This document shows, piece after piece, positions 49,139 to 60,307 of a DNA stretch of 64,000 nucleotides. Positions within the stretch are counted from its first letter, which is position 1. Every line of letters begins with the position of its first letter. The notes under the pieces are model-generated. The model was not told the DNA's origin. It saw nothing but the letters and a program-made list of their open reading frames with translations, and did no database searches. The DNA comes from an uncultured Piscirickettsiaceae bacterium. GTDB taxonomy: Bacteria > Pseudomonadota > Gammaproteobacteria > GCF-002020875. The stretch spans positions 2,332 to 66,331 of the forward strand of contig CAYFMX010000010.1 in the NCBI GenBank assembly GCA_964344325.1, in the 5' to 3' direction. Both the position numbers and the translations under genes were made by a program.

Positions 49139-51616
49139 CTATCTTCCTCTCCTCTGCCGAAACATGCGCCGAATCCGCGCCGCATTGCCAATCACCAAAA
49201 GCGAGCTGATCGGCATCGAAATCGCAGCGATCAGCGGCGTAATGTAGGCCATCATCGCCAACGGCACCATGATCACATTGTAGGTGATTGAAATCCCGAT
49301 ATTCTGCCGCACGGTACGCAACGTCCGCCGCGACAACTGTGCCGCCATACCGATTTTTTCCAGTTCGTTGGAAAGCAAGACAATATCGGCATTTTCGACT
49401 GAAATATCCGTTCCAGAACCCAGTGCAATGCCGATATCGGCACGCGCCAAGGCAGGTGCATCGTTAACCCCATCGCCAACCATCGCCACCGGCTCGCCAC
49501 GTGCTTGCAATTGCGCAACCCGATTCGCTTTCTCCTCCGGCAACACTTCTGCAATCAGATTGATTTCTCCACCGAGATTTTTAACAACTGCCCCCGCAAC
49601 TTGTTGTCGATCCCCAGTCAACAAAGAGATTTGTGCGCCATCCGCCCGCAACTTTTCCAATAGTTCTTTTGCGCCCGGACGAATTTGATCCGCCAGCATC
49701 ACCACACCTGCCAATTGTTGATCAACCGCGAGAAAAACCGCGCTCTCTGCATTCTGTTCCGCATCGGCAACAAACTGCGAAACATCTGCGCTCAACGCAA
49801 TTTGATGCTGCTCCATCCATGCTGCTGTGCCCAACAACAATGCGTTTTCATCGACCATCCCGGAAACGCCCGCACCCGGTGTGTAGTGGAAATTTTCGAC
49901 ACTCATCACGCCCAATTCCGGAAACCGTTTTTTCGCCTCCTGCACAATTGCTTTAGCAATCGGATGTTCCGAATAGGATTCCAACGCATACGCAAACCGG
50001 AAAAATTCACTTTCTGAAACCGTAGCATTTTCTGCTTTGGACAAATTAGACAAATAAACCTGCCGGACTTTCAATTTTCCTTCGGTCAATGTCCCGGTTT
50101 TGTCGAAGACAAAATGGCGAATGCCAGAAAGCGTCTCCAGCACACTACCGTTTTTGATCAACACCCCATTCCGCGCACCTACACCAGAGGCTACTGCAAT
50201 CGCCATTGGCGTCGCCAACCCGAATGCGCAAGGGCAAGTAATAATCAATACCGAAGTCGCTGACATCAACGCCAACTCAAAATCGGTCGACAGCCATAAC
50301 AGAAAGGTAAGTGTCCCTAACACCAGTGTTACCGTCACAAACCATGGCACAATGCGGTCGGCAGTGCACTGGATCGGTGCTTTGGAAGCTTGCGCAGTCT
50401 CGACCAGATCCAGAATTTTTCCAAGCGCAGTCTGTCCCAGCGTCTTTTCGACCTGTAGTTCCAGTGTGCCGCTACCGTTGACTGTCCCGGCAAACAGTTG
50501 ACTCCCCGTCTGTTTCGCAACCGGAACTGATTCGCCGCTCAGCATTGACTCGTCCACTTCACTCATACCGCTTTGCACCACACCATCGACCGGAATTTTC
50601 TGTCCTGGCTTCACGCGCACAATTTCGCCAGTTTTGAGCGCACGAATCGGCACAGCTTGCTCTTCGCCATCGCGTAGTACCAATGCAACCCGAGGCTGCA
50701 GATCAATCAGTCGCTGCGTGGAAGAGACTGCCTGTCGCTTCGCTGCCGCCTCCAGAAACCGCCCGACCAAAATCACAAAAATAAAATTGACGACGGTATC
50801 ATAATAAACTTCGCCAATTGTCGAGCCAGTCGCGGTCACATAAGTTGAATAGAGATAGGTGACTGTCGCACCAATCGCAATCGGCAAATCCATCGTCAAA
50901 TGGCGGTTAACTACTCCCTGCCATGCCCCTTTCAGAAATGGGAAACCGGAGTAAAGCAAGGTCGGCGTCGCCAGACAAAAACCAATCCAGTAAAACATTG
51001 TGCGGAATTCCCCTTCCGCCGCGCCGGTGTAAAGCGCGATGGAAATCCACATCAAATTCATCATCGCAAATCCGGCAAACACCAGCCGGTACAACAATGA
51101 ACGGTTCTGTTTTTTCAAAGCGCCATCGGCAATACCAGGATCAAATGGCACTGCCGCATAACCAATCAGCGACAACCGCTGGATAATTGCGGAGAGTTTG
51201 ATTTGCGTCGGTTTCCAACGCAGTAACAAACGTTTTCCAGAGAGATTGACCTGCGCTGATTCGACACCCCCTATTGCGGCAAGCGTTTTCTCAATCAACC
51301 AAACACAGGCAGAACAGTGAATACCCTCGACGAGCAGATGAATCTGGCGAACGCCCTCCCCCACTTCCTGGACAAATTCTGCCTGAACCTCTTCCAGATC
51401 AAAAAAAGCGGCCTCTTCAGAAAGTTCCGGTGGTGGCGCGAGGACGCTATCTTCAGGGGTACGGTCGTAAAACCCTTCCAGACCCGCTTCATGGATCGCT
51501 GTGCAAACGGCTTTGCAGCCATGGCAACAAAATTGATGCTCCTGTCCATCAATTTTTCCCGCCACAATCCCCCGCTTCGGCAATGGAAGCGAACAGTGGA
51601 AACAGGATTTCTCCAT
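49139..51616 (-). CDS. ccoI: copper-translocating P-type ATPase CcoI/FixI
   Basis: CFHCSLP N-terminal metal site, CPC, DKTGTLT, GDGVNDAP motifs. Start MEKSCFHC inside the listed ORF. Confidence 0.9.
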   Translation of the reverse strand: MEKSCFHCSLPLPKRGIVAGKIDGQEHQFCCHGCKAVCTAIHEAGLEGFYDRTPEDSVLAPPPELSEEAAFFDLEEVQAEFVQEVGEGVRQIHLLVEGIHCSACVWLIEKTLAAIGGVESAQVNLSGKRLLLRWKPTQIKLSAIIQRLSLIGYAAVPFDPGIADGALKKQNRSLLYRLVFAGFAMMNLMWISIALYTGAAEGEFRTMFYWIGFCLATPTLLYSGFPFLKGAWQGVVNRHLTMDLPIAIGATVTYLYSTYVTATGSTIGEVYYDTVVNFIFVILVGRFLEAAAKRQAVSSTQRLIDLQPRVALVLRDGEEQAVPIRALKTGEIVRVKPGQKIPVDGVVQSGMSEVDESMLSGESVPVAKQTGSQLFAGTVNGSGTLELQVEKTLGQTALGKILDLVETAQASKAPIQCTADRIVPWFVTVTLVLGTLTFLLWLSTDFELALMSATSVLIITCPCAFGLATPMAIAVASGVGARNGVLIKNGSVLETLSGIRHFVFDKTGTLTEGKLKVRQVYLSNLSKAENATVSESEFFRFAYALESYSEHPIAKAIVQEAKKRFPELGVMSVENFHYTPGAGVSGMVDENALLLGTAAWMEQHQIALSADVSQFVADAEQNAESAVFLAVDQQLAGVVMLADQIRPGAKELLEKLRADGAQISLLTGDRQQVAGAVVKNLGGEINLIAEVLPEEKANRVAQLQARGEPVAMVGDGVNDAPALARADIGIALGSGTDISVENADIVLLSNELEKIGMAAQLSRRTLRTVRQNIGISITYNVIMVPLAMMAYITPLIAAISMPISSLLVIGNAARIRRMFRQRRGR

Positions 51617-51696
51617 AGTGCTTTCTGTGACGTTTTCTGTAGCGTGACTGCGACTGGACAAATCAGCGGTCAAAACCAACGAAGCCCAACACGCGA

Positions 51697-52200
51697 CTAG
51701 AGCAGATCGCCAATTCGATACTCCGCTGCATAGCTCTTCTCGCCCTGCGCCAGTGCAAACTGCAAATCCCACACGCCCGGCAACGGCAACGTCACTTCAC
51801 TTTCGTAAATGCCTTTATGCACCTCGTTCACCTGTACAGTGAAATCATGCTTTGCCCCAGAAGGCCGGTAGAACGTCACGGTCCCTTCTACCCCGGAAAC
51901 CGGCTGCCCTGCACGATCCGTCAGGGTAAAACGTAATGTCTGTTGCTGGTTTGGAATTGGTTTGTCCATTGTCACTCCAATTTTCCAACCTAGCTGACGG
52001 TCGGCTTCTATTTGCTGCAACACAGTGCGTTCATGATGGCGGCCTTTTTCATAATAGTCGCGTTCCACCAACCCAGGCCCTGTCAATGCTGCCATCGAAA
52101 TCATGCCGATATTGACAACTAATACAACCGCTACAATCACTAACCACCCGATCACCCACGGATTTTTAAATGCCTGTTTGTTGGATTGTGAAATCCCCAT
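51697..52200 (-). CDS. ccoH: cbb3 oxidase assembly protein CcoH/FixH
   Basis: Single N-terminal TM helix and FixH-family length and pattern. Between ccoG and ccoI. Confidence 0.75.
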   Translation of the reverse strand: MGISQSNKQAFKNPWVIGWLVIVAVVLVVNIGMISMAALTGPGLVERDYYEKGRHHERTVLQQIEADRQLGWKIGVTMDKPIPNQQQTLRFTLTDRAGQPVSGVEGTVTFYRPSGAKHDFTVQVNEVHKGIYESEVTLPLPGVWDLQFALAQGEKSYAAEYRIGDLL

Positions 52201-52258
52201 CTACAAATCTCCCAAAATTGGACGAATCGTCAAATCAGCGTTTTTTTTCAGTTTCTCG

Positions 52259-53695
52259 TCAATATCCCGGCCCAAAGAACACGCTTTCGTAAGTGCTGCT
52301 CAACTCCGGATTTTGCGTATCTTCAATCCGGAATGTCACCGCAAACGGATAATCGGCTTGCTTCGCAAACTCACGCGGCAAACGCAGGTAAACCGTATGT
52401 GGCGTCGTATCTTGCCGTGCGACAGCAAATGGTTCTTCCGCGCCAACCAGTTTGAGATGCTTGGCAACCCCATCTCCATCAATCACCGTAACTCGCACTG
52501 TTGATTGCTGACTATTCTTATTCAACACCTTCAATTGGTACTTGTTTTGGAGCGAGCCATCAGAGCGGGTCACATAAAGCGGCTGACGTTCATGTAACAC
52601 TTTCAACTCCAGACCTGATAGATTCGACATTCCGTAAATGATTCCGCCCAGCGAGACAATCAAAATCGACGCATAAACCAATACGCGCGGACGTTTGAAT
52701 GACGGCACCACCTTCTCGCCCCGTAACTCATCCAGCGAGGCATAACGGATCAACCCTTTCGGACGGCCAATTTTCCCCATCACCGTATCGCACGCATCAA
52801 TACAGAGCGAACAAGAGATACATGCCTCCGCCGCTGCTTCCCGGCGAATATCAACACCAGTCGGGCATACCGCAACACACTGGTTACAATTGATACAGTC
52901 GCCGTTCCCTTCCCCGACTTTCCCCTTTACTAAACGCCCACGTGGCTCACCACGATTCTCATCATAGGAAGGCAATGTTGTTTGACTATCCAACATCACT
53001 GCCTGCAAACGCGCATAGGGACAGAGCCACAAACAAGCCTGTTCCCGCAACACCCCTGCCAGAAAAAATGTCCCGGCAGTAAGCAGGGTAATCATAGTAG
53101 TTTCGACTTTGCCTAGATCTCCGATAAACAGACGCGCCCACAAATCGAACACATCTGTGAACCAAGCCACAAAACTGATACCCGTCAATACCGCGATCAG
53201 CAGCCAAAAAAAGCTCTTGATCATCCGTAATTTGATTTTGTGTACATTCCACGGCGCAGCATCCAAAACCCTGCGTTTATTAGGAGCACCTTCAACTTTA
53301 GTCTCAATCCAGGTAAATAAATCTGTCCATACCGTCTGAAAACAGAAAAAACCGCAATAGACACGACTATAGAGTGCTGTCGCAACTGCCAATAAAATCG
53401 CGAAAAAGAGCAAGAGCAAAGAGAGCATCCAAACATCTTGCGGCAGAATCGTTAAACTGAAGATCTGGAATTTTCCCTCTGGAATATCCAGCAAAATCGC
53501 TTGTTCGCCATTCCAACGTAGATAAGGCCCTAAAAAGAAAATAAGCCAAATCATGGAAGTTTTTGTCTTCAGACTCCGAAAACGCCCCGATGCGCGTTTT
53601 GCATGAATAGTGGCGTTACCCGTGTTAACCGTCCACTCCTCATATAATTCTGAATCTTCTTTCTCTTTAACCACCATGGACTTTATCTTCTCCAA
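52259..53695 (-). CDS. ccoG: cbb3 oxidase accessory ferredoxin CcoG/FixG
   Basis: Polytopic N-terminus. Two 4Fe-4S motifs (CINCNQCVAVCP, CISCSLCIDAC). Confidence 0.9.
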   Translation of the reverse strand: MEKIKSMVVKEKEDSELYEEWTVNTGNATIHAKRASGRFRSLKTKTSMIWLIFFLGPYLRWNGEQAILLDIPEGKFQIFSLTILPQDVWMLSLLLLFFAILLAVATALYSRVYCGFFCFQTVWTDLFTWIETKVEGAPNKRRVLDAAPWNVHKIKLRMIKSFFWLLIAVLTGISFVAWFTDVFDLWARLFIGDLGKVETTMITLLTAGTFFLAGVLREQACLWLCPYARLQAVMLDSQTTLPSYDENRGEPRGRLVKGKVGEGNGDCINCNQCVAVCPTGVDIRREAAAEACISCSLCIDACDTVMGKIGRPKGLIRYASLDELRGEKVVPSFKRPRVLVYASILIVSLGGIIYGMSNLSGLELKVLHERQPLYVTRSDGSLQNKYQLKVLNKNSQQSTVRVTVIDGDGVAKHLKLVGAEEPFAVARQDTTPHTVYLRLPREFAKQADYPFAVTFRIEDTQNPELSSTYESVFFGPGY

Positions 53696-53822
53696 TCAAA
53701 CCAAGAAATAAAATAAACAAAAAAGGGAGACAGATAACCAATCTGCCTCCCCCTCTCAGCATTAAAGTCTACAACCTATCCTCACAGATTTTATCAATCT
53801 GCCTGATCAGGCAATCCAACAA

Positions 53823-54728
53823 TTACTGGCCTCCGCCCAATTGATGAACATAGACTGCTAACTTCTTGATATTCCCTGCCCCTAGATCTTTACCGTTCGG
53901 ACCAAACGCCGGCATTACTGCATTACGTGTCTCTGGATTGCCTGAAACATTAACCCCATGCTCAATAGTATGTCTCGCACTCTCCAGACCACCTGGTGCA
54001 AAACGCCATACAGAATCGGTCAGATTTGCAGACCCCATTGTTGGCTTACCTTTCCCATCTGCGCCATGGCATATAAAGCATCCACCTTTTTGCGGATTAT
54101 TAAATAATTCTACGCCTTCCTCATTCGCATCTGCTGTACCTTCTCCCAATGCCATAACGTACTGAACAAGAGTCTCAATCTCATCTTCAGTGAGACGTCC
54201 CTTGTAGGCACTCATGATACCTTTACGACCATTCGTAATAGTCCGCTCAATTGCCTCAACTGTACCACCTGCTAGCCAGTCATCATCTGCCAATACAGGA
54301 TAACCACTCTCATCTACAGTTCTTCCTGGCGTCCCAGCACCACCAGTTGCGTGACAAGCTGCACAGTTATCACCAAATAGCACTTTTGCGGAACGTATGC
54401 TGTACTCACGCAATTCATCGTCTTCCAGCATCATTGCTACCGTCACATTTGGATCTTTAATACGATCCTCGTATTTGGCGCGAATCAGATCAATTTTATC
54501 CATATCCTCCTGCGACTCGTTCATCGATGTCCAACCCATCAGACCCGTGCTATAGGTCGTAAACGTCGGCAACGTCGGATAAAGGATGAAATATCCCAAA
54601 ATAAACATCCAGCTTAAATGCAGTCCCCAACGCCACCAATTCGGTGGGTCATTGGTTAGCTCCCGCAAATCTTCGTCCCAAAAATGCCCCGTATTTTTCT
54701 CACCGGGAAACGGATTCTGCTCACTCAT
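53823..54728 (-). CDS. ccoP: cytochrome c oxidase cbb3-type subunit III (dihaem)
   Basis: Two CxxCH motifs (CAACHATGG, CFICHGADG). N-terminal TM anchor. Confidence 0.9.
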   Translation of the reverse strand: MSEQNPFPGEKNTGHFWDEDLRELTNDPPNWWRWGLHLSWMFILGYFILYPTLPTFTTYSTGLMGWTSMNESQEDMDKIDLIRAKYEDRIKDPNVTVAMMLEDDELREYSIRSAKVLFGDNCAACHATGGAGTPGRTVDESGYPVLADDDWLAGGTVEAIERTITNGRKGIMSAYKGRLTEDEIETLVQYVMALGEGTADANEEGVELFNNPQKGGCFICHGADGKGKPTMGSANLTDSVWRFAPGGLESARHTIEHGVNVSGNPETRNAVMPAFGPNGKDLGAGNIKKLAVYVHQLGGGQ

Positions 54729-54743
54729 TCTCTTTTCTCCGTG

Positions 54744-54941
54744 CTATCCATCCAGTTTGTCTGCTTCATCAATTGAATTGCGTTGATCTTCCAGCTTTTT
54801 CTTGTTACCCGGCAGGAAAACCAACACATAAGCAGCAACCATCGCTATAAAAACCATGACCGTGACGATCAGGCCAACCCAGTCCGTTACGGTCATCGCG
54901 GCCCAATCAGTATGGAAATACCCCAGTTCTTCCTTATTCAC
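54744..54941 (-). CDS. ccoQ: cbb3-type cytochrome oxidase subunit IV
   Basis: 65-aa single-TM protein between ccoO and ccoP. Confidence 0.75.
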   Translation of the reverse strand: MNKEELGYFHTDWAAMTVTDWVGLIVTVMVFIAMVAAYVLVFLPGNKKKLEDQRNSIDEADKLDG

Positions 54942-55659
54942 GGTATGCCTTATTCGGATCCAGTTTTGCCATAGTTCCTAATACTTGCAGATAAGCAATT
55001 ACAGCTTCCATCTCTGTCTTGCCCCGGATTTTCTCCGCTGCACCCTCAATATCAGAATCACGATAAGGAACCTTCCCGTATCCTGGCATGCCACGCAATA
55101 CACGCATCTTCTCTTCGATAGAATCTGCATCTACCTTCTGTTCAGCCAACCAAGGATAATTCGGCATCACAGACTCAGGAACAACCGAACGCGGCGCAAT
55201 CAAATGACGGCGATGCCATTCATCGGAATATTTCCCGCCGACACGCGCCAGATCAGGTCCCGTACGTTTGGAACCCCACTGGAACGGATGGTCATACATG
55301 GACTCGGAAGCCAAAGAGTAATGCCCATAACGCTCCCGTTCATCACGGAATGGACGAATCATCTGAGAGTGGCAGAGATAGCAGCCTTCACGGATGTAGA
55401 CATCACGTCCTGCCAACTCCAGCGGCGTATAAGGACGGATACCATCTCCTGCTTTCCAGTTCTCCAGCGTATCACTCTCGCCACGCTGCCAAACAATTTC
55501 CGGCGATTTGTTATGTTCCATTGTATCTTTAATGGTAAACAGCGGAACAATTTCAACAAAACCACCAACCGAAAGCGAAAGCATGATCAGAATGAGCATC
55601 GCGATCGCGCTTCGCTCCACCTTGTCCTGTAATTTGGACCCGTAAATTTTATCAGCCAT
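54934..55659 (-). CDS. ccoO: cytochrome c oxidase cbb3-type subunit II (monohaem)
   Basis: CYLCHSQ haem motif. Full-length CcoO similarity. Confidence 0.9.
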   Translation of the reverse strand: MADKIYGSKLQDKVERSAIAMLILIMLSLSVGGFVEIVPLFTIKDTMEHNKSPEIVWQRGESDTLENWKAGDGIRPYTPLELAGRDVYIREGCYLCHSQMIRPFRDERERYGHYSLASESMYDHPFQWGSKRTGPDLARVGGKYSDEWHRRHLIAPRSVVPESVMPNYPWLAEQKVDADSIEEKMRVLRGMPGYGKVPYRDSDIEGAAEKIRGKTEMEAVIAYLQVLGTMAKLDPNKAYRE

Positions 55660-55676
55660 TTTTTACAATCCCCCCT

Positions 55677-57074
55677 TTACTTGCTAGTTGCCGGAGCGTT
55701 ACGGACAGTCTGAATCACATTAATGAGCATTACTACTGCCCCGGACCAGAAGATCAAGCCGCCAACTGCACGCATCACATAGTAAGGATGCATTGCTGAA
55801 ACAGATTCTGCGAAGGTGTAGCTCAATGTGCCGAACTCATCATAGTCACGCCACATCAAACCCTGCATGATGCCGGAAACCCACATCGCGGTGATGTAAA
55901 CCACAGCACCAATTGTTGCCAACCAGAAATGGAGATTCACCAGTTTTGCGGAGTACATCCGGGTATGCCACAACTTCTCAACCATGTGGTAAATCGCACC
56001 GGAAGCAACCATCGCTACCCAGCCCAACGCGCCAGAGTGTACGTGACCAATCGTCCAGTCTGTGTAGTGGGACAATGCATTGACTGTCTTCACAGCCATC
56101 ACTGGCCCTTCAAAGGTAGACATTGCGTAGAACGCAAGCGAGATAATCAGGAAGCGCAAAATATAGTCTTCACGCAATTTATCCCATGCTCCGGAGAGAG
56201 TCATCATACCGTTCACAGAACCACCCCAAGAAGGAATGATCAATGCGAGGGAGATGCCTGCACCCAAAGAACCAGTCCAGTCTGGCAATGCAGTGTACTG
56301 GAGATGATGCGCACCCAACCAAACATAACCAAATGCCAATGCCCAGAAGTGCAATACAGAAAGACGATAGGAGTAAACCGGACGCTGTGCCTGCTTCGGT
56401 ACGAAGTAGTACATGATGCCCAAGAAACCTGCTGTCAGGTAGAAACCAACTGCGTTATGACCCCACCACCACTGGATCATTGCATCCTGTACGCCAGAGA
56501 ACAGGGAGTAGGATTTGAACAAATCAACAGGAACCGCCAAGCTGTTCACGATATGAATGTAGGAAACCATTACCATCATACCGAGGAAGAACCAGTTGGA
56601 TACATAAATATGGGAAGTCTTCCGCTTGATGATCGTCATAATAAAGTTAAGGCTATATGCAACCCACAAGAGCGTCATCAAAATATCCAGTGGCCACTCC
56701 ATTTCTGCATATTCCTTACTCTGAGTAATCCCAAAGAAGAAGGAGAGCAGTGCCAATATCATCATGATATTCCAGCCCCAGAAGGTGATCCAAGCCAGAC
56801 CGTTACTCCAGAGGGGAACACCACATGTCCGCTGTACGGTATAGAAACCTGTCGCTAGCAACACACATCCACCAAATCCAAAGATAACCGTATTGGTGTG
56901 CATTGGACGCAAACGCCCAAACGTAATGTTTGCCAAATCAAAGTTCAGAAATGGCCATGCCAATTCTGACGCTACGTACACTCCAAGGAATGTACCCAAA
57001 ACCAAGTAGACGACGGCCATTACGGCAAACCATCGCACCACTCCGAAGTGATATTTCTCTGCTGTCGCTTCCAC
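55677..57074 (-). CDS. ccoN: cytochrome c oxidase cbb3-type subunit I
   Basis: Haem-copper oxidase TM helices with conserved His ligands. N-terminus [16 protein letters not shown] matches the CcoN start. Likely GTG start at 57074 preceded by TAGGGGGG Shine-Dalgarno sequence. Confidence 0.9.
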   Translation of the reverse strand: MEATAEKYHFGVVRWFAVMAVVYLVLGTFLGVYVASELAWPFLNFDLANITFGRLRPMHTNTVIFGFGGCVLLATGFYTVQRTCGVPLWSNGLAWITFWGWNIMMILALLSFFFGITQSKEYAEMEWPLDILMTLLWVAYSLNFIMTIIKRKTSHIYVSNWFFLGMMVMVSYIHIVNSLAVPVDLFKSYSLFSGVQDAMIQWWWGHNAVGFYLTAGFLGIMYYFVPKQAQRPVYSYRLSVLHFWALAFGYVWLGAHHLQYTALPDWTGSLGAGISLALIIPSWGGSVNGMMTLSGAWDKLREDYILRFLIISLAFYAMSTFEGPVMAVKTVNALSHYTDWTIGHVHSGALGWVAMVASGAIYHMVEKLWHTRMYSAKLVNLHFWLATIGAVVYITAMWVSGIMQGLMWRDYDEFGTLSYTFAESVSAMHPYYVMRAVGGLIFWSGAVVMLINVIQTVRNAPATSK

Positions 57075-57319
57075 GAAGAACCCCCCTAAAAGCCCAATAA
57101 AAACAATATGGAAAACCCTTTCCCGACAAAAGGCCCGCCACCTAATCCACAAACCGCAGCTTTAATTATTACAGAAAAAAGTAGAACATTCAAAATCACT
57201 GATGCAAAATATTGCTTGAAAAACAATAATTTTGCTGTTTCTCAATTTTCCTTTCCAAGCTATTGAAACTGCTTGCCTAGCTGGTCATCTACTCCATCTG
57301 ATACCGATCTGATGATTAC

Positions 57320-57427
57320 CTACGAATCAGCATCATTTTGACCATGTTTTCCTGCCATCACAAAAGGCAACACCAGCCCGGCAATAATTGCAACCGTCAT
57401 CAAATAACCCAATAATTCCAGAAACAT
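57320..57427 (-). CDS. candidate 35-aa single-TM small protein upstream of ccoN
   Basis: Minus-strand ATG at 57427 with GAGGGA 7 nt upstream. Product MFLELLGYLMTVAIIAGLVLPFVMAGKHGQNDADS. Not in the ORF track (below length cut-off). Confidence 0.3.
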   Translation of the reverse strand: MFLELLGYLMTVAIIAGLVLPFVMAGKHGQNDADS

Positions 57428-57617
57428 AACATCATCCCTCGCTCAGTTTTTTGTAGTTCCAATACAAGTTCAACACATAGAAACCCCAAAATTCATAGGG
57501 GTTTGGCAATCTAATTTTATACAATCCTTATATTTTCCGCACTCTAAAAAAGTAACATTCAAAAAATCAATCACCATATAGACTTCAATCTATTGGTGAA
57601 CTTTCAGCGAATCTTTA

Positions 57618-60248
57618 ATGACAAAACCAGATTCTCCTTTCATCCTGACTACAACCGCACAACAGGCGCGCTTCCTACGCGACTATTGGCCGACACAAAA
57701 CTTATCACGGGAAACTTCTGCCTGGGAACGTCCACAAATTTTGTCGTTCTCTGCATGGCTGCACCAGTGCTGGACAACATGGCTGGAATCCAATGTGGAT
57801 TTGCCTCTGCTGCTACGCCCGGAACAGGAACGTTATCTTTGGCAAGAAACTTTTCCTGTCACTGCAAACAATCCATTTCTGCGGATTAGCGCATTAGTTG
57901 AACAGGCAATGAAAGCCTATCGTACCTTGCATGAATGGGATATTGATCCACACAACCCAACGTTTGACTTAATCCCACACACCGAAGAAATCGCATTATT
58001 TATAGAATGGAAACGAAAATTTGAGGCGCGTTGCAAATCAGAACAACTTCTTCCTGCTGCGCAGCTGACCAAACAAATCCAGCAGACCATTCTCTCTGAC
58101 GAAATCAGACGTATTGTTTTACCTGAGGCAATACAAACCTACCGTATCGAAGATTGGCCACCCACTGCACAGCAATTGATCGCCGCACTAGAACAACAAG
58201 ATATTGTATGTTCTTCATTCAAATTGCCTAAACAGACAGAAAATAGCTGTTTCATTGAGCTGGAAAACGAGCAGAATGAATTGCTTACCGTTGCGCACTG
58301 GTCAAAAAACCATCTGCAAAAAGGATCACAGCGCATCGGAATTATTTTCCCCAATTTATCCGAAAAACGAACAACCATTGCCCAAGTTTTCAGTGAAACG
58401 TTGGTTCCGAAAAGCGCGGTACACCCTATTCCCAGCAGCCAACGCCCATTCGCACTTTCTGGCAACGCCTCTCTTCTTGCTGATCCATATATCTATATTG
58501 CGCTACAATGGCTGCAATTTCTCCATAACGGTTTATCACTTGCAGAAACTGGGGTTTTGCTACGTTCGCCATTTTTACTGGACAAGGAAGAACTGGATGC
58601 ACGCACCCAAATCGATTTGCGCCTCCGCACTGCAGGGAATCCGCATATTTTGCTGCCAACTTTGCTATTCCACGCAGAAAACCTTGATCAAAAACTGAAT
58701 CGTTGTCCACAACTTTCTGCCACATTGCAAACGCTCCATACCCAACTAAAAACGCGCACTACGGCGACAGAATGGGCAAAACGCTTCACGCATTGGCTTA
58801 CAATTGTCAGTTGGAACAAAAATGCCACTGAAAATGAACAGGCATTCTTTATATATGACCAGTGGCGTGAAGCGCTGAACCGCTTCTCTGCGCTCGGTGA
58901 TTTTATTGGTGACATTTCGTTCGGACGTGCACTGACTGAATTGCTGCAAACTTTGCAGCAATTGCCTGCCACTGCGCCCAACACCACTGCACCGATCCAG
59001 ATTTTAAGTCGTGAAGAGGCGCGTGGGCTGCAATTTGATGCACTCTGGATCGCCGGTTGCCACACACAACACTGGCCAAAAACCGAACCACTCAATCCAT
59101 TTTTACCGCGTGAATGGCAGATGGCACACTTGCCATTCACTGATCCGCAGAAAGCATTGGTTACCGCGCAAAAAGAAATTTCTGCATTTCAACACGCCGC
59201 ATCAGAAGTTATTTTCAGTGCTCCGGCGCAGATCGATGGACAGGAAACGATTGCTTCATCGCTGTTTGCCGATCTACCTCGCAAAAAACCTTCAGATTGG
59301 CATCCAAGTCCACAACAACCCTGGTGGCAAATCCCGATTCAGTCCGAAACAGTTACCGAACCGCAAACTCCCCTCCCCCACTCCCAAATGCAGGGCGGTT
59401 CTTCTGTATTGACGGATCAATCGCAATGCCCGTTTCGTGCTTTTATCCGTCATCGCCTGCAAGCGAAAAAACTGGAAACCGAACACATCGGCCTGGATGC
59501 TCGTGAACGCGGTATTTTATTGCACAAAATTCTGGAACAATGTTGGGATCATCCCGATCTTCAGCGCGATCAGAAAAATCTGAAAAACCTTTCCGATGAT
59601 TCGATTCGGGCGTTGGCTGAATTTGCCGTAGCTGCTGTGGTGCAAACTTTCCAGCAATCCCGTACTGATCGCATTGGTAACCGTTTTGCGCAAAATGAGC
59701 AGGAACGGCTCATCGAACTCACTTTCCACGCACTCAAACTTGACCAACAACGCGCTGTGCCATTTACGATTGAAGCGATGGAGGAAAAACAACTTGCCGA
59801 ACTAAGCAGTCTCGCCATTACGCTCAAAATGGATCGCATCGATCAGGTGGAAATCAACGGAGAGAAAAAACGCGTGTTGATTGACTACAAAACTGGCTCC
59901 GTCAGTGCAACGAAATGGCAAGGCGAACGCCCTGAAGAATTGCAACTTCCTCTTTACGCAACCCAATTAGAAGCAGTCACCGCGGTTCTCTACGAAGAAA
60001 TCCGTAGCGATAGCCTAGCGTACAAAGGCGAAACGGAATTCGAAGAAATTCTGGACGGCATTCCAAAAAATATCGCCAAAATAAAACCCAATGAAAATTG
60101 GGAACAACAATTGAGCGATTGGCAAACCGCTATCCAAAAACTCGCCGCAGAATTCAAGGCGGGCGAAGCGCAAATTGCACCACTGAAAGGCAAACAGAAT
60201 TGTCAGTATTGTGGGCTGGAAATGATCTGCCAAGTGGAATTTTCGTAG
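57618..60248 (+). CDS. PD-(D/E)XK nuclease superfamily protein (AddB/RecB-like C-terminal nuclease with terminal Cys cluster)
   Basis: C-terminal LIDYKTG...LPLYA...CQYCGLEMIC is the AddB-type nuclease/Fe-S signature. 876 aa. N-terminal region resembles an inactivated superfamily-I helicase. Confidence 0.6.
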   Translation: MTKPDSPFILTTTAQQARFLRDYWPTQNLSRETSAWERPQILSFSAWLHQCWTTWLESNVDLPLLLRPEQERYLWQETFPVTANNPFLRISALVEQAMKAYRTLHEWDIDPHNPTFDLIPHTEEIALFIEWKRKFEARCKSEQLLPAAQLTKQIQQTILSDEIRRIVLPEAIQTYRIEDWPPTAQQLIAALEQQDIVCSSFKLPKQTENSCFIELENEQNELLTVAHWSKNHLQKGSQRIGIIFPNLSEKRTTIAQVFSETLVPKSAVHPIPSSQRPFALSGNASLLADPYIYIALQWLQFLHNGLSLAETGVLLRSPFLLDKEELDARTQIDLRLRTAGNPHILLPTLLFHAENLDQKLNRCPQLSATLQTLHTQLKTRTTATEWAKRFTHWLTIVSWNKNATENEQAFFIYDQWREALNRFSALGDFIGDISFGRALTELLQTLQQLPATAPNTTAPIQILSREEARGLQFDALWIAGCHTQHWPKTEPLNPFLPREWQMAHLPFTDPQKALVTAQKEISAFQHAASEVIFSAPAQIDGQETIASSLFADLPRKKPSDWHPSPQQPWWQIPIQSETVTEPQTPLPHSQMQGGSSVLTDQSQCPFRAFIRHRLQAKKLETEHIGLDARERGILLHKILEQCWDHPDLQRDQKNLKNLSDDSIRALAEFAVAAVVQTFQQSRTDRIGNRFAQNEQERLIELTFHALKLDQQRAVPFTIEAMEEKQLAELSSLAITLKMDRIDQVEINGEKKRVLIDYKTGSVSATKWQGERPEELQLPLYATQLEAVTAVLYEEIRSDSLAYKGETEFEEILDGIPKNIAKIKPNENWEQQLSDWQTAIQKLAAEFKAGEAQIAPLKGKQNCQYCGLEMICQVEFS

Positions 60249-60307
60249 AAATTCACAGAATTTACCGTATGATGCGCCGCTTTTTTTCAAAATACAATTT
60301 TTCCGCT

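Noticed and set aside
48851-49247. Plus-strand ORFs overlapping ccoS and the ccoI 3' end
   Set aside because: Antisense to the confidently assigned ccoS/ccoI frames.
57153-57617. Expected Anr/FNR box (TTGAT-N4-ATCAA) upstream of ccoN
   Set aside because: Only loose partial matches (e.g. TGATgattacctacgaATCA with wrong spacing); not reported as a site.
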